From: Planctomycetota bacterium
Lineage (GTDB): Bacteria > Planctomycetota > Planctomycetia > Pirellulales > Lacipirellulaceae
Length of the DNA: 29,239 nucleotides
Direction: 5' to 3'
Assembly: GCA_039190745.1 (NCBI GenBank)
Contig: JBCCXZ010000055.1
Location: 1 to 29,239, forward strand
The position numbers were made by a program, and so were the translations under genes. Below the pieces are notes generated by a model. The model did no database searches, was not told where the DNA came from, and worked only from the letters and a program-made list of their open reading frames with translations. Below, piece after piece: positions 24,245 through 29,239 of this stretch (its first letter is position 1; each line of letters starts with the position of its first letter).

Positions 24245-24511
24245 TCAGAACGTCTCGGGGATGTTGGTGATCACGTCGCTCGTATAGTCGATCAGCCGGT
24301 TCAGCACCCAAGGTAACGCGAGCGCGAGCGCTAATACCATCGCCACCAGCTTCGGCACGAACGCGACGGTCTGTTCTTGGATCTGCGTAAGCGCCTGCAA
24401 GAGGCCGATAACCAGACCGACGATCAGCCCGGCCAGCAGCACCGGCGCCGCCACCAGCGTGGCGACCAGCAGCGCCTGCCTGGCGATGTCGACGGCGAGT
24501 TGCGGGTCCAT
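24245..24511 (-). CDS. fliQ: Flagellar export protein FliQ
   Basis: GL.VGL.IGLLQALTQIQEQT..FVPKL. Confidence 0.96.
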   Translation of the reverse strand: MDPQLAVDIARQALLVATLVAAPVLLAGLIVGLVIGLLQALTQIQEQTVAFVPKLVAMVLALALALPWVLNRLIDYTSDVITNIPETF

Positions 24512-24527
24512 CCTTCACGCCTCCCGG

Positions 24528-25364
24528 TTACACCAGCACCTGGAAGCTCTCCAGCAGCATCTCCACGACGAGACGCCAGCCATCGACCAGCACGAACAGC
24601 AGCAGCTTGAACGGCAGCGAGATCAGCACCGGCGGCAGCATCAGCATGCCCATCGAGATGGTCACGCTCGCGACCACGATATCGAGGATCACAAAAGGCA
24701 GGTACACCTGGAAGCCGATCAGGAACGCAGTCTTCAACTCGCTCAGCATGAACCCGGGCAGGAGCGCCTGCAGCGGCACGTCGGTCTTGCCGGGAGTGGC
24801 CCCGTAGTAGACGTAGTCGGGGTACGCGCCAGTTTCCGGGTCGGTTTGCTCGGGCAGGTAGCGGAGGAACAGCATGACGTCGTCGTGGTTGCCGGTCCGA
24901 TCGATCTGGGCGTGCATGAACCGACGCAACGGCAGCACGCCCCGGTCCCAGGCTTCTTCAAGGGAAATCTGCTTCGCGCTGTACGGCTTGATCGCCTCTT
25001 CGTAGACCTCGGTCCAGACGGGCGTCATCACCAACGCCGTCATGAACAACGCGATCGAGGTGAGCACCTGGCTGGGCGGTAACTGCTGCGTGCCGAGCGC
25101 CTGCCGTAGCAGACCGAACACGACCAGGATGCGGACGAAGGACGTGGTCATCAGCAGCACCGCGGGCGCCAAGCTGATCACCGTCAGCAGCAGCATCACC
25201 TGGATGGTGCTGCTGAGCTGCTCGGGGCTGGTCCACTGTTCCGGCCCGCCGATGCCTTCTCCCAAGAGACCGCCCGAGAGGAGCGACTGCGCAAGCGCAT
25301 CCGACGCCGACCACGCGGTGAGCGCAGCGGTCAGGCAGACGGTTTGGAGGGCGGTTCGGCTCAT
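24528..25364 (-). CDS. fliP: Flagellar export protein FliP
   Basis: [60 protein letters not shown]. Start ATG 25364. Confidence 0.96.
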   Translation of the reverse strand: MSRTALQTVCLTAALTAWSASDALAQSLLSGGLLGEGIGGPEQWTSPEQLSSTIQVMLLLTVISLAPAVLLMTTSFVRILVVFGLLRQALGTQQLPPSQVLTSIALFMTALVMTPVWTEVYEEAIKPYSAKQISLEEAWDRGVLPLRRFMHAQIDRTGNHDDVMLFLRYLPEQTDPETGAYPDYVYYGATPGKTDVPLQALLPGFMLSELKTAFLIGFQVYLPFVILDIVVASVTISMGMLMLPPVLISLPFKLLLFVLVDGWRLVVEMLLESFQVLV

Positions 25365-25371
25365 CGGTGCG

Positions 25372-26430
25372 TCAGGCCCGTGCTGCTCCGGCGGTGGCGG
25401 CTGGCAGGCTGTTCGGGTCGAGGAACCCCGCGGCGGGCTCGCGGCTGAGTTGCCGCAGGACGTCTTCAAAATCGGCAGTGGTGCTCCCGCCGCGCCTAGA
25501 GACGCAGAGGCCCACGAGCCGGCCCACCTCGACGGGGTCGGTTACCTCGGTGATGGTTTCCACGCGTTCGGGCGAGACTGAGACCAACACCAGCTTGTTC
25601 CCGACTTGGATCAACTGCGCCGTGATCTTCGGCGCGATCGGCAGCTTCCCCAACAGCGACACCGCCTCGGCGGGGATCTTGGAGTTGGCCGTCGGCCGGT
25701 TCTTGCGGAACATCAGGCTGCAGAGCAGGAACAGCACGACCACGATGCCCAACCCCGCCGCGGCCGTGGTGAACGACTCGGTCGTCGACGGCGTGAAGAC
25801 TTCGAATCGCTCGCGGCTATCACGGGATTGGCGGTAGTCCCCTTGCGGCAGGCTCGGGGCCGGGAGTCGGGGAGCGGTGGTCGCGGCGACCGGCGCCTGG
25901 GCTTGAAGCTCGCGCACTTTCTTGGGGATCACCAGCTGCGGCGTCACCGCTTGGGGGCTGCGGGCTGCAGTTGCGGTTTGGATCGGCTCGCGTTGGGGCG
26001 CGTCGCGTTGGGTGAGGGCCGGCGCCGTGTCGGCCGCGCCTTCGTGGGCGGCCTGCCGGACGAACCGTCCGCTCGGCGGAGCGAGTGGCTGGGGAGTCGT
26101 AGTCTGCCGACGGGGCGGCGTCTGCTGCTGAAAAGGAGGCGCCGGCAGGTCGCGTGATTCGAAGGCACGCTGAGCCTGCGGCTTCTGAGCCGACTCGCGG
26201 GGAACAACCCGCAGGTCTGAACGAGTCGGCCGTTGGGGGCTCTGTTCCGCTCGGTTGAACGAGACGATCGGCGCCCGCTCGGCAGAGTTTAGGCTCGCCG
26301 AACCGTAGCCGTTAGGCCCGCCCGCCTGCTGTCCGAACACCGCGCACGACGGAGCCGCGAACCACAGAACCGAAGCCGCCGCAAAGGCGGATCGGAGCGA
26401 CGGGCGGGGCAGGGGGGCGGGGCTCGACAC
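25372..26430 (-). CDS. fliO: FliO/FliZ family protein with a long Pro/Gln-rich N-terminal region
   Basis: [12 protein letters not shown], then V.LLG..PI.PK...QL.QVG.KLVLV.V....VETITE..D. Located between fliN and fliP. Start uncertain (GTG 26430 to 26520). Confidence 0.8.
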   Translation of the reverse strand: MSSPAPLPRPSLRSAFAAASVLWFAAPSCAVFGQQAGGPNGYGSASLNSAERAPIVSFNRAEQSPQRPTRSDLRVVPRESAQKPQAQRAFESRDLPAPPFQQQTPPRRQTTTPQPLAPPSGRFVRQAAHEGAADTAPALTQRDAPQREPIQTATAARSPQAVTPQLVIPKKVRELQAQAPVAATTAPRLPAPSLPQGDYRQSRDSRERFEVFTPSTTESFTTAAAGLGIVVVLFLLCSLMFRKNRPTANSKIPAEAVSLLGKLPIAPKITAQLIQVGNKLVLVSVSPERVETITEVTDPVEVGRLVGLCVSRRGGSTTADFEDVLRQLSREPAAGFLDPNSLPAATAGAARA

Positions 26431-26569
26431 GGGCGGCTCGCAACGCGCAGGGGGGCCGCGCACAGTGCGCGGGACGACGCTGCGGCTTATAGGCGCCGGG
26501 GCGGGCCGTCGCCAGAGCAATGACCGGTCTGGGGGGCGTGCTAGCAGCGCTGGCGTTGTGCCGCGTGCC

Positions 26570-27271
26570 TTAGGCGCAGGCGCTCTCGCCGACGATCAGC
26601 TCCGCGACGCGGACGCAGAAGTTGTCGTTCAGCACCAGCACCTCGCCGCGGGCCACCAGACGGCCGTTGACATAGATATCCGCCGGGTCGCCCGCTAGCT
26701 TGTCGAGCGGGACCACGGCGCCGCGTTTGAGCTTCAGAACGTCTTCCAGGTGCATGTGCGTGCGGCCCAGCTCGATCGTCAAGTCGAGCTGCACGTCGCG
26801 CATCAGTTCGAGTGTGGCGCTGTCTTTGTTCGCCGCAGTGCCGGAGAAGTCGTGCAACTCGAAGGCCTGCACCCCCTCGGGCATGGCCCCAGGCGCCTCG
26901 TCGATCGACGCCAGCGCGTCTTGGGCCTTGTTGAGCAGCAGTTCTATGTCGCTCTTGGCGACCGATTCATGCCCGGCTTGGCCAGCGGCGGCTTGCGAGG
27001 GCGTGGTAGCGGTCGCGGCCGGTGCTGGCGCTTCTGCCGCCGGCGAGTCTCCGCCGCCGTTGAGCAGCCGTTCGATGTCGCTCTGATCGAGCTCGCCGAG
27101 CCCGCTGTCTGCGTTGGCGGCCTCTTCAGTGGGGGCCGGCGGGGCGGCTTCTGGCTCCGCCGGGGCGCCGCCCGCGGGCGGACCGCCGCCGGCATCGGCG
27201 GCCGCGTCCTGCGCCTGCTTCAAGAGCTGTTCGATCTCGTCCTGGCCGACCTGATCGGATTCTTCCGACAT
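26570..27271 (-). CDS. fliN: Flagellar motor switch protein FliN with extended N-terminus
   Basis: C-terminal SpoA domain DV.LDL.IELGRT...L.DVL.L..G.VV.LDKLAG.P.DIYVNG.L.ARGEV.V. AAGGA before ATG 27271. Confidence 0.92.
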   Translation of the reverse strand: MSEESDQVGQDEIEQLLKQAQDAAADAGGGPPAGGAPAEPEAAPPAPTEEAANADSGLGELDQSDIERLLNGGGDSPAAEAPAPAATATTPSQAAAGQAGHESVAKSDIELLLNKAQDALASIDEAPGAMPEGVQAFELHDFSGTAANKDSATLELMRDVQLDLTIELGRTHMHLEDVLKLKRGAVVPLDKLAGDPADIYVNGRLVARGEVLVLNDNFCVRVAELIVGESACA

Positions 27272-27350
27272 GAGACTTCCTTTTCTCACGCAGTACGCGG
27301 CACGCCCGCCCGTCCTGGGCGTTAGCTAGCACTCGGTTCTCATCGGGCGA

Positions 27351-27917
27351 TCAGCGTTCAATGAACGAGAACTTGCTGAAGATCGCCTCGTGCAGCAAGG
27401 GTTTCCCAAGAGCGCGATTGGTTTTCTCTAATATCTTCCGCTTGATCAAGCCCAACCCGGCGTCGGTGAAATCGGTCACCTCCATGCCGCGGACCGTGAT
27501 CAGCACCTGTTCCCGCACCCGCTGCTGGTTGGCGGTGTAGAGCTCGTAGAACTCCGAGTCTTCATCCTTGAGCACCGTGGCGAACAGGTCGAAGTCGACG
27601 TTCAGGCTCGAGCCGGTTACCGGGTCGTATGTCAGCACGTGGTAGGAGCCGAGTTCGACCTCGACCATCTCGTCGCTGATCGACGCTCCCTGCTCGTCTT
27701 CGACGACTTCCTCAGCCTCGTTGTCGCGTTCAGCGTCCGCCGTGGCGATCAATTCGGCCGTCTCAGTGGTCTCGGCGGCCCCCGGCAGGAACACCGACGC
27801 CGCGGCGATCTGGATCACCACTAGCACCGAAACGACGCCCACGGCCTTGACGAGCGTCATCAGGCCAGACTTCTTCTTCGACTGCTGTTCTTCTTGCTTT
27901 TCTTCGGCTTCTGCCAT
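27351..27917 (-). CDS. fliL: Flagellar basal body protein FliL
   Basis: N-terminal TM after KKK, VRE.V...., GL..IKRKI....N..LG, IF..F. Located between motB and fliN. Confidence 0.8.
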   Translation of the reverse strand: MAEAEEKQEEQQSKKKSGLMTLVKAVGVVSVLVVIQIAAASVFLPGAAETTETAELIATADAERDNEAEEVVEDEQGASISDEMVEVELGSYHVLTYDPVTGSSLNVDFDLFATVLKDEDSEFYELYTANQQRVREQVLITVRGMEVTDFTDAGLGLIKRKILEKTNRALGKPLLHEAIFSKFSFIER

Positions 27918-27987
27918 GGTCTCGTCCTCGTCCCGTTCCCGGCGGCGCATGCGCACCGGCCGTTACAACCGTCTGCTGAAGCCTAGG

Positions 27988-28743
27988 TCACAATTCGGAC
28001 GGCAGCAGGGCTTCGTCGCGGCCCTTGCCCTCGAGGTCGCCCACCCGCTCGTCCCACATCATCACCTGAACCCGCGAATTCAGCTTCAAGCGGTCCCGGT
28101 CGACCCCCGTGTAGAGGGGTTCGTTCGAGCCCGCAGCGGTCAGCCGGATCCGCGAGGGGTCGATCCCCTGCTCGATCAAGAACTGCCGCGTGCTCCGGCA
28201 GCGGGCGTAGGCCAGGTCATATGCGTCCTGGAACTCGGTTTCTTGGCCCATCGGCTTCCGCGAGGCGTGCCCTCGGACCTCGATCTTCTGCGGCTTGCCC
28301 GCGATCTGTTCGATGATCCGCTGCAGGGACCACTTGTTCGCCTCGGTCAGCAGCGTGGCGTCTTCTTCGAAGTAGATCACCCCGCCGATCGACGAATCGT
28401 CGCCCGGCCGGACGATCTGCACCCGTTCGTTCTCGCCCGTGACGGCCTTCACCTCCTGCCCGCCGTTCTTCGTGTCCATCCGCTTGTTGCGGCCCATTGA
28501 GTACATCGGGTGCGGCATCGCGGCGCCGCGGACGGTCGACTCGCCCGGCACCATCGCCGTCGTGCTCAGGTCGTGGCCGAACTGTTCTCGGAACGACTCG
28601 ACCATCGCCATGTATTTCTGGTCTTCTTTGATCTCGCTCATCGACACGAGCATGATGAAGAATGTCAGCAGCAACGACATCATGTCGCCGAAGGTGACCA
28701 CCCACTCGGGGATGCCCGGTTCTGGATCTTCTTCGATGGCCAT
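27988..28743 (-). CDS. motB: Flagellar stator B subunit (MotB/PomB)
   Basis: W.VTFGDMMSLLLTFFIML TM with the essential Asp; OmpA-like domain IEVRGH, LA.ARC, NSRV. Confidence 0.93.
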   Translation of the reverse strand: MAIEEDPEPGIPEWVVTFGDMMSLLLTFFIMLVSMSEIKEDQKYMAMVESFREQFGHDLSTTAMVPGESTVRGAAMPHPMYSMGRNKRMDTKNGGQEVKAVTGENERVQIVRPGDDSSIGGVIYFEEDATLLTEANKWSLQRIIEQIAGKPQKIEVRGHASRKPMGQETEFQDAYDLAYARCRSTRQFLIEQGIDPSRIRLTAAGSNEPLYTGVDRDRLKLNSRVQVMMWDERVGDLEGKGRDEALLPSEL

Positions 28744-28747
28744 GAGC

Positions 28748-28811
28748 GGTCAGAGATCAGAGGTCTGAGGTCAGAGGGGATTTGTCATTCGTCATTCGGG
28801 CTTCGTCATTG
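28748..28811. repeat. Two degenerate heptamer tandem arrays between motA and motB
   Basis: ggtcaga-gatcaga-ggtctga-ggtcaga at 28748-28775 and gtcattc-gtcattc-gggcttc-gtcattg at 28784-28811. Confidence 0.8.
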
Positions 28812-28813
28812 CA

Positions 28814-29239
28814 CTAAGCCGCTTCTTCCTTCGGACGCTGCTTCGGCGGGACGAATGTCTTGAGCTTCTGATCGATCACCCGGGGGTTCTCGCCCGACTG
28901 GATCGCCATGATGCCGCGGACGATGATCTCCATTGCCAGCAACTCCTGCTTGTTGGTGAATCCCAGCTTCTCGGCGAACGGCAGGAAGACCACGTTCGAG
29001 GCAATCGCACCGTAGAGCGTCGTTAAGAGCGCGACCGCCATGCCCTGGCCGATCTTCGAGGGGTCGCTCATGTCCCCGAGCATGATGATCAGGCCCATCA
29101 GCGTCCCGATCATGCCGAACGCCGGGGCGAACCGGCCCATGCAGTCCAACAGCCCCTTGCCGTCGCGGTGGCGGGTGGCGACCGCGTCGAGCTCGGTGCG
29201 GAGGATGTCCTCCATCACCTCGGGCCGCGTGCCGTCCAC
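28814..29239 (-). CDS. motA: Flagellar stator A subunit (MotA/PomA), C-terminal part (5' end outside window)
   Basis: APAFGMIGTLMGLI.ML, DP..IG.GMAVALLTTLYG, P.A.KL, IQ.GENP. Confidence 0.95.
   Translation of the reverse strand: MDGTRPEVMEDILRTELDAVATRHRDGKGLLDCMGRFAPAFGMIGTLMGLIIMLGDMSDPSKIGQGMAVALLTTLYGAIASNVVFLPFAEKLGFTNKQELLAMEIIVRGIMAIQSGENPRVIDQKLKTFVPPKQRPKEEAA

Overview
High-GC, gene-dense bacterial chromosomal window, most likely from a planctomycete of the Pirellulales/Lacipirellulaceae type. This is an inference from a PEP-CTERM protein with a dockerin-like Ca-binding loop, a long FliO, a stand-alone S18 and heptamer intergenic repeats. Left third, all minus strand: partial PAS protein, LolD-like ABC ATPase, 4HBT-family thioesterase, rpsR, GT4 glycosyltransferase, Na+/solute symporter with its small membrane partner, flavin-dependent halogenase, chorismate-lyase-like protein, PEP-CTERM SGNH-like protein, YhaM and an acyltransferase. 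Middle: xerD converging on a TPR-TPR-ExbB-ExbD-ExbD operon with no TonB, which is divergent from two paralogous membrane proteins and a sulfotransferase. Right: a parDE-like toxin-antitoxin pair directly after the flagellar operon motA-motB-fliL-fliN-fliO-fliP-fliQ-fliR-flhB. Best leads: (1) a chorismate lyase + halogenase + transporter + GT4 + thioesterase locus, a candidate halo-aromatic pathway; (2) an AglRQS-like 1 ExbB : 2 ExbD motor with TPR partners and a divergent OB-fold-like membrane pair; (3) a FliN with three CheY-binding-like motifs and a Na+-type stator; (4) a MITE-like inverted-repeat element and other structured or repeated intergenic DNA. No CRISPR array, tRNA, rRNA or transposase was seen. 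All family calls are motif recognition by eye; no database searches were run.
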